Part shown: piece after piece, positions 26,649 to 36,398 of the stretch
Layout: every line of letters starts with the position of its first letter
Position numbering within the stretch: the first letter of the stretch is position 1
NCBI GenBank assembly: GCA_964551725.1
Contig: CAZKED010000004.1
Span: forward strand, 1 to 37,225
Source of the DNA: an uncultured archaeon
GTDB taxonomy: Archaea > Iainarchaeota > Iainarchaeia > Iainarchaeales > DTGL01
Direction: 5' to 3'
DNA length: 37,225 nt
Notes under the pieces: generated by a model
Database searches by the model: none
Told to the model about the DNA's origin: nothing
What the model saw: the letters and a program-made list of their open reading frames with translations, nothing else
Position numbers and translations under genes: made by a program

Positions 26649-27512
26649 TCAAGCGGCTGCACCGGCAACCTGCAGCGCGGTCAGGTAAACCACTAGCGAG
26701 GTACTAAGCAGAATCAGGGAGTGCTTTATTCCCGCCACGAGGTTGTTTTCCGATATTTTGCCTATCATCGGGCCCGCAAAAATGCTCTGCACTATGAGCA
26801 AGTTGAGAAAATGCGTCGAGAAATCTATTTCCAGCGGTTCCTGTTCCGTGGGCGGCTGCAGTCCCTGCGCCGGGTTGAGCATGCTCATGTCAATCTGGGA
26901 AATGGGTTCCATGAGCGTTGGAACAAAAAAGGTCTGCAGCACTATTATGAGCAGTACGAAAATGTAGAACATTAAATAGGAATTGAAAAGTGTGCTCATT
27001 GTGCGCGCGGTCCTCTGCTTCTTAAGCCTTTCTATTTTGTCCACGTATTTTGCGCTTGTAATGAACACTTTCATGAAGTTTCCGCCGGCTCTCAGCGTCT
27101 GGTCTATTACGAGGATTATTTTCCTTATGAGCGGACTCCTTATCCCGCCGAATGTCATCTGTAGCGCTTTTTGAAGCGGAATGCCTATTTTCACCTTTGC
27201 CGCAAGCCTTTTAACGTAAACGCTTAGTGGACCGTAATCGTTCCTTGCGCTTATTTCAAGGGCGTCTGATATGTTGACTCCTGCCTGGAGCAAATCCTTC
27301 AAATCGTCGAGGAACACGCGGAAATTCTCCTCCAATCCTTTCACCAGCATATTCCTCAGATAATAGCCCAGCATTATTGGTCCTGCGAGCAGCAGGAAGG
27401 ATATGACCACGAGGTTGGTTCCCCAGAAGAAAATCAGGGACACCAAAAATGCCGCAACCCCTATTGCGGCAAATCTTGCGTAATATTTTATTGCTGGATT
27501 CATTTTTTTCAC
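26649..27512 (-). CDS. Type II/IV secretion system F-family platform protein (TadC/ArlJ-like)
   Basis: FLDDLKDLLQAG.N..DAL...ARNDYGPL...AKVKIGIP...AL...RAGG and QSIFAG.MIGKISE.N..AGIKHS. Confidence 0.9.
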   Translation of the reverse strand: MKKMNPAIKYYARFAAIGVAAFLVSLIFFWGTNLVVISFLLLAGPIMLGYYLRNMLVKGLEENFRVFLDDLKDLLQAGVNISDALEISARNDYGPLSVYVKRLAAKVKIGIPLQKALQMTFGGIRSPLIRKIILVIDQTLRAGGNFMKVFITSAKYVDKIERLKKQRTARTMSTLFNSYLMFYIFVLLIIVLQTFFVPTLMEPISQIDMSMLNPAQGLQPPTEQEPLEIDFSTHFLNLLIVQSIFAGPMIGKISENNLVAGIKHSLILLSTSLVVYLTALQVAGAAA

Positions 27513-28381
27513 TCCGCGCTGAGCATGTGCATTACCATTATAAAGCCGGCATTCGCTATTGGAATTATTCCGAATATTCCTATATTGAGCAAGGTGTCAA
27601 TATCGAAACCCATAAACCCGCCCCTTCCCACTATGCCGAGCAGTATTACGACAAAGAAGAAAAATATGGGGGCGGCAATCATTATAATGCTGTAGATTTC
27701 GCCCAGTGTTTCCGCTCTCTCCCCCGCTTTCTCCAGCGCGAGGGAGTACTCGAAATAAGCGTTATCCGCCCTTTTCGCCATGAATTCTTTGAGGTCCCCG
27801 CCGCTTTTAACTGTAGTGTTCAGTTCCTTGAGGAATGTTTTGAAGGAAGGCGAGGGAGTTATTTCAATCGTTTTGTTTATTGCCTTTCCGAATGACAGAC
27901 CGAGCTGGCGCATGAACCTCTGCAGTTTTGCGCATTCCTTGCCCAGCCTCGGATAGTCTGGGTTGTTTGCTATTGATTCGAACATCAGGTGAGGCGGTGC
28001 TCCCGACTCGCTTACAGTGGACATTGTGAGGATTGCAAGCGGCAGGTTGGAGTCAATCTGCTTTCTTTTCTTCGAAAGGTCTAGAGAGGGCCACATGAGA
28101 GAAAAGACAATCACCCCCATGAGGACGATAAAAGGAGCGAACCACAAAAGCCGCATTTCCGTTACCTGGAAATGGAAGAGTAGGAAAACAGCCGCAAAGG
28201 AGATTATTGTGAAGAGTATTGCGGATGTGATCGCGAGGGAGATGTATCGCCCTGTACTGTATGCGTAATCCACTGCGCTCAGCTTCCTTCTGAGCGTCTG
28301 CGATTCGAAGTTTTTTGTGAGTTTCCCTATGCCCAGATCGCTGAGGAAGTAGAGGAGTTTAACCGCTTTTTCTTTCAGCAT
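27509..28381 (-). CDS. Second type II/IV secretion system F-family platform protein
   Basis: IDSNLPLAI..M....ESG..P, TPSPSFK.FL.EL....KSGGDL, and TM helices. ATG 28381 (MLKEK). Confidence 0.9.
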   Translation of the reverse strand: MLKEKAVKLLYFLSDLGIGKLTKNFESQTLRRKLSAVDYAYSTGRYISLAITSAILFTIISFAAVFLLFHFQVTEMRLLWFAPFIVLMGVIVFSLMWPSLDLSKKRKQIDSNLPLAILTMSTVSESGAPPHLMFESIANNPDYPRLGKECAKLQRFMRQLGLSFGKAINKTIEITPSPSFKTFLKELNTTVKSGGDLKEFMAKRADNAYFEYSLALEKAGERAETLGEIYSIIMIAAPIFFFFVVILLGIVGRGGFMGFDIDTLLNIGIFGIIPIANAGFIMVMHMLSAE

Positions 28382-30644
28382 TCTTGAATTCCCCCATCTT
28401 GTCTGCAAATTCCTTGTAGTCCTTTACGCCTTCCGTTGCGAGTTTTTCAAGGAATTTTGCCCTTTTGTTTATTCTTTCCTCGAGTTTGGGCAGAGGAATA
28501 TTGTATTCCAGGGATATCTGCTTGAGGAGAATGCTCCTCTGGGTGAGAGGATAGTATTCCGAGCCAAGTTCGTCAAGCCTCAGTCCCTTGTGCTTTGTTT
28601 TTATCTGCTCGTGCCCTATGTCGAGCAGGTTGTTGTAGTCGAGCCTCTGCTCCCTTGCGTTGTACCTTTTTATTTCCGCGACTGTCCTAAGCCTTCTCTT
28701 TATTTCCTCTTCTCCGGCGAAGCCGAGGTTTATTATTATGTCCACTGATTCGAGCAGGGAGGGATACAGGTTTATGGGGGGAGTGGTCAGCCTGCTTACA
28801 ACGTCATCGACGGAACGGGCGTGGAATGTTGCAAGCGCGCAGTGACCGGAAGCCATTCCCTGGAAGAGGATGAATGTTTCTTTTCCCCTCACTTCCCCGA
28901 CAACCAGATAATCGGGCCTTTGCCTGAAGGATTCCTTTATGAGCTGGACCATGTCTATTTCTCCGAAGCGCTTTCCAGTCGCGTCCGGCGGACCAAAGCC
29001 GGGTCTTGCAACCTGCGGCAGCCAGTTTTCGTGCGTTATGTTGAGTTCGCGGGTGTCCTCTATTGAAACGACCCTGTTCGCGTAGGGAATGAACATTGCA
29101 AGCGAGTTGAGTATTGTTGTTTTTCCGCTTGCCGTCGGTCCTGTGATGAGTATTGATTTTTTGAATTCGAGCACTGTCCAGAGGTAAGCGAACATTTTCG
29201 GGGTTACTGTTCCATTCGCAATCAGGTCTGCCGGGCTGCGCGGCTTGTCTGGGAAAAGCCTTATTGTGAAGCTCGGTCCCTTTGTTGAAACGCTTGAAGT
29301 GAGCACAGCGTTCACCCTGCTTCCGTCCGGCAGAATGGAGTCCACGAGCGGGGAAGCGTATGAAACGTATGTTTTCGAAAGCTGGGCCATTTTTATTATG
29401 AAGTCCTCCAGTTCTTCTTTCAGCTTGAATGAAATGTTTGAGGGCAGGTGTCCTTCCTTTTGGTGGATTACGTATACGGGAATGTCCACGCCGTCGCATT
29501 CAATGTCCTCTATGAGGGGGTCGTGCATTAGAGGTTCAATCCTGTCCAGTCCGAGCAAGTCCCTTGAAAGGAAATACATGAGTTTGTGCCTCTGCTGGTT
29601 TGTGATGCTGAGTTTCTTTTTTGTTATTATTTCGTCCACTTCCGCGAACATTTTTTCCCTGCTCAGTTCCTCGATTGTCAGGACATTCACCAGTTCGTTT
29701 TTTATCATTTCAACTGTTTTTTTGTCCTCCGCTGTTATGTCGGGTTCGATTACGTAATAGGTTTTCTGCCCTTTTTTGTCCTTCAAAACCTTGCCGTACG
29801 CATAGCCCGGAATGAGGGAAATGAGCCCCTCCTCTTTTTTCATTTGTGCGTCTGCCGTTTTTCCCTCGGCAAAAAGGTCTTCCTTGAGTGCACTCAGCCT
29901 GCCGGCTTTCTCCTCTTTTGCCTGCGTGATTTCGTATTCACTGCTCGTTATTCTTTCCACCAGCCCTGAATCGGTTGCAAATGCGGGCACATTGAATGCT
30001 TCCCTCACTGTTTCCACCGAGGCAGTGCCTTTTTTGATAAACCTTTCCGTGAGCGGTTTTATTGCCTTTATTGAAGACGCCTTTTTTATTATTTTTTTAA
30101 GCGGAACAGGCAGCTCGCGCTTTTTCTTTGCGGACAGGGGCTTGCCTGTTTTGCCTCTGGGCTTTGCCTCTTCTATGATGAAAAGGGATTTCATTCTTTT
30201 CAGCGGGCTCATTCCTCCTGTGACAGGCGGCAGCCCCCCTTCTGCAGGCGGGATTTCAATGCTTTCAGTTGCTGCTTCCTTTTCCAGCGCGGCTTCCGTG
30301 CGCATTTTTCCTTCAGCCAGCGAAATTGTTTTTGCGCCTAACTGCATTTCCCTCTTTACCCTGCCGAAAGAGTTGTACATTTCTGTGAAAACCTTTATGC
30401 TTTCAGTGCTTATTTTCCTCTTTGAATCCAGGTTTTTTGCCTGGATTTCCTTGAGCAGCGTGTTGTATACCCCGCGCTCTATCTCCCCCTTCCTGAAGCT
30501 CTCGTCGACGTTCTCCAGTTCTGTTTCCTTTCCTATTTTTCTCTCTTTTCCCATCCTTTCGAGCAGTGCTGTTTTCTGGAGCATTCTTTTTATTTGCGCC
30601 AGCTCCATTTCAATGGTTTCCAGCGATTCAATTGAATCTTCCAT
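28359..30644 (-). CDS. Type IV pilus/secretion assembly ATPase (ArlI/TadA/VirB11 superfamily) with long N-terminal extension
   Basis: IEDIECDG, LPDGSRVN, GPSFTIR, Walker A GPTASGKTT, SIEDTREL, RQRPDYLVVGEVRG, SGH...ATFHA. Start set at ATG 30644 (MEDSIES), just after the upstream stop. Confidence 0.94.
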   Translation of the reverse strand: MEDSIESLETIEMELAQIKRMLQKTALLERMGKERKIGKETELENVDESFRKGEIERGVYNTLLKEIQAKNLDSKRKISTESIKVFTEMYNSFGRVKREMQLGAKTISLAEGKMRTEAALEKEAATESIEIPPAEGGLPPVTGGMSPLKRMKSLFIIEEAKPRGKTGKPLSAKKKRELPVPLKKIIKKASSIKAIKPLTERFIKKGTASVETVREAFNVPAFATDSGLVERITSSEYEITQAKEEKAGRLSALKEDLFAEGKTADAQMKKEEGLISLIPGYAYGKVLKDKKGQKTYYVIEPDITAEDKKTVEMIKNELVNVLTIEELSREKMFAEVDEIITKKKLSITNQQRHKLMYFLSRDLLGLDRIEPLMHDPLIEDIECDGVDIPVYVIHQKEGHLPSNISFKLKEELEDFIIKMAQLSKTYVSYASPLVDSILPDGSRVNAVLTSSVSTKGPSFTIRLFPDKPRSPADLIANGTVTPKMFAYLWTVLEFKKSILITGPTASGKTTILNSLAMFIPYANRVVSIEDTRELNITHENWLPQVARPGFGPPDATGKRFGEIDMVQLIKESFRQRPDYLVVGEVRGKETFILFQGMASGHCALATFHARSVDDVVSRLTTPPINLYPSLLESVDIIINLGFAGEEEIKRRLRTVAEIKRYNAREQRLDYNNLLDIGHEQIKTKHKGLRLDELGSEYYPLTQRSILLKQISLEYNIPLPKLEERINKRAKFLEKLATEGVKDYKEFADKMGEFKNAERKSG

Positions 30645-30646
30645 TT

Positions 30647-30988
30647 TCAACCAGTCTCCATTATGAGGCCGATTCCTTCCTTTTCCGCTCTTTCCGAGAG
30701 TTCTTTTCTCATTTTTTCCATTTCCGCATCGATTGAGATTATTTTCTTTCCCAGTTCGGCGAGCGTTTTCTTTTTTTTCTCCTTCATTGCTATTATTTGA
30801 ATGTTCCTCGATTCCTTTTCCTTCTGGAACTGCTGCGGCGTGAGTTCGCCGCGGTTTTTCATGAGGCTTATCTGCAGCAGTTCCCTTTCCAGGTTCGTTC
30901 TCTCGTTTTCCGTTTTTCTCACTTCCCCTATGAGCGAAAAGCACTCGTTTATTTCGCCTATTGCTTTTGTGTCCACATTCAACCCCAT
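30647..30988 (-). CDS. Small coiled-coil protein with SHOCT-like motif
   Basis: ATG 30988 (MGLNVD), 113 aa, KNRGELTPQQFQKEK. Tightly coupled to both neighbours. Confidence 0.7.
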   Translation of the reverse strand: MGLNVDTKAIGEINECFSLIGEVRKTENERTNLERELLQISLMKNRGELTPQQFQKEKESRNIQIIAMKEKKKKTLAELGKKIISIDAEMEKMRKELSERAEKEGIGLIMETG

Positions 30989-31716
30989 GTTGCGTCGTCG
31001 ATATACACGCGCACGAAATCGAACCCTGTTTCGAGCCAGAAGTGAATCTTGTAATTGTATTCCATTGTTGTTCCGGACATTTTGTGCACGTAGGCGATTA
31101 TTTCGCCCCTGCCGATGTTGTACCCGCTCCTTCCAGGGCCAAAGGAGGTGTAAACGTTCACGTCGTTTCCCTGCTCGTTGTCCACATAAAAATCGAGCTG
31201 GGCGTTCAAGTCGGTGTTTTCGTCCAGGGCGCGCATTTTCACCACGAGGTTTTTGAGCTGCATTTCCGTGTTGGAGTCTAGGCTCCTCACCGCGAACCAC
31301 AGGTGCGCGCTGCGCATCAACAGAACATTGATGTCTCCCACGGTTGTTGAAAAGGCGTCAATGTCCGCGTGCGCTCCCATGAAATAGTTTCCCTCTTTTT
31401 TCTTGTACCGCGGGGAAACGAGCCTTGCGGTTGTTTTGGTGGAAATGCTTATTGATTCCGCGTCGGAGTCCACAACCAGGTCGTCGCCGCTTATTGTTAG
31501 GGAAATATCCCTGCTTGAGCCCTCGCCTTCGGTTGCAACAATTGATATTATTTCGTCCAGGTTTTTCATCAGTTCCTGTGATTTGCGTATTTCCCCTATT
31601 TCCTGCATTTCCTCGAGCATGGGCATTGTGGTGTGCAGTATAATGCTCAGTATTACCACGCTCAGCAGAATGTAAAGTATTGCGCTCACTAAAGGGGTTT
31701 GTCCGTGTTGTCCCAT
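30979..31716 (-). CDS. Minor type IV pilin-like protein
   Basis: Class III signal MGQHG|QTPLVSAILYILLSVVILSII followed by an amphipathic helix and VATEGEGSSR. Confidence 0.82.
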   Translation of the reverse strand: MGQHGQTPLVSAILYILLSVVILSIILHTTMPMLEEMQEIGEIRKSQELMKNLDEIISIVATEGEGSSRDISLTISGDDLVVDSDAESISISTKTTARLVSPRYKKKEGNYFMGAHADIDAFSTTVGDINVLLMRSAHLWFAVRSLDSNTEMQLKNLVVKMRALDENTDLNAQLDFYVDNEQGNDVNVYTSFGPGRSGYNIGRGEIIAYVHKMSGTTMEYNYKIHFWLETGFDFVRVYIDDATWG

Positions 31717-32219
31717 CGGCTCACATCCGTGCCTGTTCTAATTTCAACATAAAACTGAAAGCCCTTTTTTTTGGGGCTTTGCAGGCTGAAACTCTTTCCA
31801 CAAAAAGTAATGTTGTAGTTGTTTTTAAGGGTTTGCTTGGAAATTATCGCTGTGCTCCCGTCGGCGATGGGTCCGCCGCTCATGCGCGCGTTGTAGTAGT
31901 TGCAGTCTTCTCCCCAGAAGTTCCCGAACACAAAACTGTTTTTGTCCTGCAACGAGGCGATAAACGCGAGTTTCATCGGCTGCTGTTTTTCCTTTGCGAA
32001 TTCCCTGAATTCAAGTGCCGTGGAGTAAAGGGTCGTGTTCGCGTCATCCAGGTAAATGCCCGCGATGTATGCTGAGGGCATTTCCACTTTTACGTTTTCC
32101 ATGAGAAAAACGGTTTTGTGGGGGTTCATTACCGCAGTCCTGAGAAAGAAGGCGAAGGTGATTATTAGTGCGCTGATTATTACCGCGGTTGCAATGTATG
32201 TTTGTGCGTTTTTTTCCAT
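31689..32219 (-). CDS. Minor type IV pilin-like protein
   Basis: Class III signal MEKNA|QTYIATAVIISALII. Confidence 0.8.
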   Translation of the reverse strand: MEKNAQTYIATAVIISALIITFAFFLRTAVMNPHKTVFLMENVKVEMPSAYIAGIYLDDANTTLYSTALEFREFAKEKQQPMKLAFIASLQDKNSFVFGNFWGEDCNYYNARMSGGPIADGSTAIISKQTLKNNYNITFCGKSFSLQSPKKKGFQFYVEIRTGTDVSRWDNTDKPL

Positions 32220-32615
32220 TCAATCGCCTGCCTCGAACACCCAGAAGTAAACCTTCAATTTTTTGAGCGAGAACTCGTAGGTGTTGCCGTCCATTAAGTA
32301 CGATACAAGCGTATAGTTCGCCTGCGAGGGCAGGCTTCCGTAGCAGTCATTGTTTTCATCGCACACCTGCACGGAAAAGGGCTCGTCTATGTAGTCGTTC
32401 ATGTAATCCCTTACGTTTTCCGCTTCTGTATTGCTGTCAACGCCCGTTACAAGTGTCCTGAACTCCGAAATCTGCGCCAGGGAAAGAACTGAAAGTTCCT
32501 GCCTCTCCCTCAATAGCGTGTATTGTTCCCTCGGAATCATTATGGGCTGCGTTACGGCAAGCAACACCAGGAGTACCATCATCGAGCTTATCACTGCTTC
32601 GAATGTTTTTATTAT
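32220..32615 (-). CDS. Minor type IV pilin-like protein, start uncertain (ATA 32615/32612 or frameshift)
   Basis: KKEAVG|IIKTFEAVISSMMVLLVLL motif and C-terminal KKLKVYFW. No nearby in-frame ATG/GTG/TTG upstream of the motif. Confidence 0.72.
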   Translation of the reverse strand: MIKTFEAVISSMMVLLVLLAVTQPIMIPREQYTLLRERQELSVLSLAQISEFRTLVTGVDSNTEAENVRDYMNDYIDEPFSVQVCDENNDCYGSLPSQANYTLVSYLMDGNTYEFSLKKLKVYFWVFEAGD

Positions 32616-35600
32616 GCCAACCGCCTCTTTTTTATTAAAATGAAGGCAATTACCGCGAATGCGGCAACGAGTGCCAGTGCGACAGGGCTTATCCCGCGGT
32701 AGGGAATTACTATCTGTTCGGCTTCCTCGATTGATTTCACGGGAATGGGCAGGTAGAATTCCCCCGGGATTGAGGAATAAAGGCGCCTTGCGTCTTCCTC
32801 GCTCATTAGTTCCCTGTTTGCGTATTTGAATTCTGCTGTCTGCCCTGCCCCGAGTTTTCCTATGGTGAACATTACCGCGGGGTCTTCCCTTATTACGGTT
32901 ATTATTGTGTTCGTTCTTATCTCCGCGGCATTCTGTGCGAGCGCCTTGGGCACGATTTCGACTATTTTGATTCCGCCAAGCGCAGAACCCGAGGAGTTTT
33001 TCACCACGAGGGTGCACAATACCTGGAATTTCTTTCCCCGCTCGTCCTCCACTTCTATTAATTCAATCCTTCTGGAAAAGGAAAGGGTGTTCCAGAGTTC
33101 GCGCGAGGATTCCAGCGCTTCGCCGCTCAGGTATTCCTTCAACCTGTCCGCGAAAGTGATTTTTTCCTTTTCGTAGTCTATTCCCTGTTTTTCCCCGCGG
33201 GTTATTTTTGGTTTGTTCGATTCAAGCCATTCGAGCACCTGCATTAATGCGCTGATTTTTTGCAGCGAGCCGTTGAAGTCGTATGCCCTGTATTTTTTCA
33301 TAGCCGCTTCGTAGAGCACTGCGGCTTCTTTTTGTTTTGCTGTGAATTCTTTTGAGGGTTCAATGAGTTCCTCCAAGAGTTCTTTTTCTATTTCAATCGC
33401 TCTTGCCCTCTGCTTTTCGGTTTCCACGAGTTCTGTCAGTATTCCTTTCGGCAGTTTTATTTGGCTTGTTTTTCCCCTTTTGTTTCCCGCCAAGTCCTCT
33501 GCTTCGACCTTTATTTCTAGGTTTAAGTCCGTGAGTTCGGAAAAATTGAAATCGTGTATCGCAGCAAGATTGTTCTTGCTTATTGAGAATTCTTTCAGGA
33601 GTTTCCATTCTCTGGTGCTCCTGTAATAAAACCCCGCTTTTTTGGCGTCTTCGTTGAATTCCGCGGTTATTCTCAGTATTTCCGGCTCGGCGTGGTTCAA
33701 ATCAAAGCTCTTAATAAACGGCTTTATTGTGTCGGCGATAAAGTGTGCTGTGGCGGATGCGTTTAAGTCCAGTTCGTCGAGCGCGTTGATGAATACTTTC
33801 GCATTCCCGTCGTATCCCTCGATTACAGTATATTCTGCGGTGAATTCCTTTCCGGAGCCCTCAAAGTTCAGGTCGAACTTGTTGCAGTCCTTTTGCTTCA
33901 CCCATCCGTTGATGTCCTCCAGGGCGTTGTTTGAAGATGCTTTTATTGCCACCACACCATTTTCCGTGAAATAAAGCGTTCCGTTGACGTCCTTTCCCCC
34001 GGAAAGCGTGAGGGAGAGCACGGGCACGTTGGCGTCGCTTCCCCTGCATATTTCCTCGCTTAAATCCGAGAGATTGCCTGCCTTGTCAAGCGCTCTTGCC
34101 CTGAAGCAGTATTTTCCCCTCGTGGAGTACACGTATCCGTATGTCAAGCCGCGTGCAACCAGTTTTGGCGACAAATTTGTCACCCCGGAACCGCTCTTGT
34201 AGTACAAATAGTAATGGTTTATGCCGCTTCCCGAGTCGCTTGACGCGTTCCATGAAACGATTATGTTTTTGTCCTCCTCGTTGATTGCAGTGGAAAGCCC
34301 GCTTGGAGCGCTCGGCGCGGTCAAATCCAGCAGAATGCTCCTTGTCACTTTTACGTTGTTGTCCACGTCGTCAAAAAGCCACAGGTAAAGTGTCCTGTTT
34401 CCGTCCGTGGTAGGGCACCAGGGTCCCTGCTTTATGTTGAAGCTTGTTATGGGAAAGCTGCTGAATCCCTCGCTGTAGTTTGTGTCGTTGCAGCTCAGTT
34501 TCGCGGATGAGAGGTCGTTGGCTGAAATGTTTATTGTCGGAGTCGAAGTGTTCACGTAGTATGCCAAGTAAATGTTAACGTCCGTCGGCGGCGTTACGTC
34601 CTCCACTTCGACGCTTGCTATGTTTGAAACACTGGAGAGGTTTCCGGCGCCGTCCAGTGCCCTGACAGCGTAGTAAAGGGTTTCCCCCTCAAGCGCCTTG
34701 CCCGGCGAGTCAGTGTAGGTCATGAATGCCTGCGGCGTGATTGTAGCAATGCGCTTGTTTGTGTTGGCGCTTTGGTTTGTGAGCGTGGAAGTATTCCTGT
34801 AGAGATAGTATGTTGTCACGCCCGAGCCGGCATCGGTTGTGGCGCTGAAGCTCACGTTTATGTCGTTTGTGTCGCTTATTGAAACAGCGTTCAGGTCGCT
34901 TATTGTTGCCGGAGCGTTGAGGTCTATTATGAAGTCCCAGTGCAGGTTTGCATCATTGCCCACGTTGTCGAGCACGTTAATGTTTACGTCCACGTTGTCC
35001 ACTGCAATGTTTGAATCCGGCGTGTGCTGCACGTTGTAGCCGTTTGTTGTCGTTGAAATCGTGAGGTCCGCGCTCGCAACCGCGGCACCGTTTAAAAGCA
35101 TTTGAATGCTGTTGGCATTCACTCCCGAGGCATAGTCCAGCACTTTGACTGAAATTGCCGGCGTTCTGTCCCTCGTGTAGTTTGCAGGACTCGGACTTGC
35201 TTTTACCGGGTCGTTTACGTCAACAGCGAGTTTTGTGAAGGAGTTCTTGGAAACAGTGTTTCCCGCAGGATCCTTGAATGTTGCGGTCAGGTACACCACG
35301 CCGTTCGAGCTTTTCGCGCCCGCGCTCACGTCGTAAGTGTTCGCGTATGTTCCGTCTCCGGCTGCACCGTCATCGTGCGCGCCGTCATCGAAAAGGTTCT
35401 GGTCCGTTATGGTTGAACCTATTGCAAATGTCACATTGCAGTCTTTTTCCCCGACCGCCCTCACAGTCAGCGTTTTTCCGGGTCCGAGCAGTGAATTGGA
35501 ATCAAGCGAGTTTGCATCGTGCCACACCGAATTAATGTCGATTGTCGTGTCGTACGTTATCGTGTCGGAGCTTTTTGCTTCAGTGTTGCTGTCAGTGTTC

Positions 35601-35902
35601 CATGCCGTAACGTAAACTGTTTTAAGCCCGTCGGCGCTGCTGCAGCCCGCGCCGGTGGCGATATTGAATGCTGCCGTGCTTGAATAATTGAGCCAGGAAC
35701 CCCATGTGCTGTTGTTGCACGAGAACTTTAGCTTGTTGGCATCTGTTGCGTGAATGTAAAGCGTGACGTTCGCGGAATTGGTGTATGTTGCATCGGTATT
35801 TATGTTAAAATCCGCAATGCTTATTGCTGCATTGCCGCACTGCGCCAAGAGAAGCGTTATCGCGGCAAAAACCACTTTCCCGAGCAATTTCATTTGAACC
35901 AA
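32612..35902 (-). CDS. Large surface protein with Ig-like and Fn3 domains and a C-terminal TM anchor
   Basis: Signal peptide, LFDDGAHDDGAAGDGTY motif, Fn3 units (YYAVRALDGAGNLS, YCFRARALDKAGNLS), and terminal TM plus KKRR. Start may be ATG 35893. Confidence 0.88.
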   Translation of the reverse strand: MVQMKLLGKVVFAAITLLLAQCGNAAISIADFNINTDATYTNSANVTLYIHATDANKLKFSCNNSTWGSWLNYSSTAAFNIATGAGCSSADGLKTVYVTAWNTDSNTEAKSSDTITYDTTIDINSVWHDANSLDSNSLLGPGKTLTVRAVGEKDCNVTFAIGSTITDQNLFDDGAHDDGAAGDGTYANTYDVSAGAKSSNGVVYLTATFKDPAGNTVSKNSFTKLAVDVNDPVKASPSPANYTRDRTPAISVKVLDYASGVNANSIQMLLNGAAVASADLTISTTTNGYNVQHTPDSNIAVDNVDVNINVLDNVGNDANLHWDFIIDLNAPATISDLNAVSISDTNDINVSFSATTDAGSGVTTYYLYRNTSTLTNQSANTNKRIATITPQAFMTYTDSPGKALEGETLYYAVRALDGAGNLSSVSNIASVEVEDVTPPTDVNIYLAYYVNTSTPTINISANDLSSAKLSCNDTNYSEGFSSFPITSFNIKQGPWCPTTDGNRTLYLWLFDDVDNNVKVTRSILLDLTAPSAPSGLSTAINEEDKNIIVSWNASSDSGSGINHYYLYYKSGSGVTNLSPKLVARGLTYGYVYSTRGKYCFRARALDKAGNLSDLSEEICRGSDANVPVLSLTLSGGKDVNGTLYFTENGVVAIKASSNNALEDINGWVKQKDCNKFDLNFEGSGKEFTAEYTVIEGYDGNAKVFINALDELDLNASATAHFIADTIKPFIKSFDLNHAEPEILRITAEFNEDAKKAGFYYRSTREWKLLKEFSISKNNLAAIHDFNFSELTDLNLEIKVEAEDLAGNKRGKTSQIKLPKGILTELVETEKQRARAIEIEKELLEELIEPSKEFTAKQKEAAVLYEAAMKKYRAYDFNGSLQKISALMQVLEWLESNKPKITRGEKQGIDYEKEKITFADRLKEYLSGEALESSRELWNTLSFSRRIELIEVEDERGKKFQVLCTLVVKNSSGSALGGIKIVEIVPKALAQNAAEIRTNTIITVIREDPAVMFTIGKLGAGQTAEFKYANRELMSEEDARRLYSSIPGEFYLPIPVKSIEEAEQIVIPYRGISPVALALVAAFAVIAFILIKKRRLA

Positions 35903-35964
35903 TATTAATGATTGTGTTTCATATATATAAGGTTATTTCATATTGCTCTCTTTTTCGGGAAACC

Positions 35965-36387
35965 CTATTTGCTTCCTGTTTTTTTTGTCATTTGGAGGAT
36001 GTCGCTCTGCTCCCTGATTTTGAGTTCATACCACTGCCTCGTGTAAATTTCGCATTTTTTTTCCGTCCCTATCACATAGCAGGGCAGTTCTTCCGCGTTC
36101 ATTCCCAGCGCTTCCACTTTTCCGGGTTCGAGTTCTGCGTCGATTACCGTGAGCCTGAAGAGCTCGCCCAGTTCTCTGTCCTCGAGCAGTTCCAAAAAAA
36201 GGCTTTGCAGGTAATTGGTGTTTTCGTCAAAGCTTTTTCCCACCAGTATGACGTTAAGTTCCTGCGTTGACTCCCCCGGCTCTTCCTGTGGCTTGAATAA
36301 AAAGAGAAAATTCGAGGCAATGAACGCAACAACAACCAGTGCAATTATTGCAATCACTGCCTTTCCCAGTGGCGTCAGCCTTGCCAT
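35965..36387 (-). CDS. Membrane-anchored protein, possibly thioredoxin-like fold without CxxC
   Basis: N-terminal TM followed by VIDAE......VEALGM....LPCYVIG. Confidence 0.65.
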   Translation of the reverse strand: MARLTPLGKAVIAIIALVVVAFIASNFLFLFKPQEEPGESTQELNVILVGKSFDENTNYLQSLFLELLEDRELGELFRLTVIDAELEPGKVEALGMNAEELPCYVIGTEKKCEIYTRQWYELKIREQSDILQMTKKTGSK

Positions 36388-36398
36388 GAATTAACACT

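Noticed and set aside
30645-30944. First 100 aa of the 861-aa ATPase ORF
   Set aside because: It overlaps the 113-aa coiled-coil gene in another frame. ATG 30644 directly follows that gene's stop.
32640-33017. N-terminal half of the 265-aa ORF as a real leader
   Set aside because: It lies wholly within the 1096-aa gene in another frame and has shadow-like composition.
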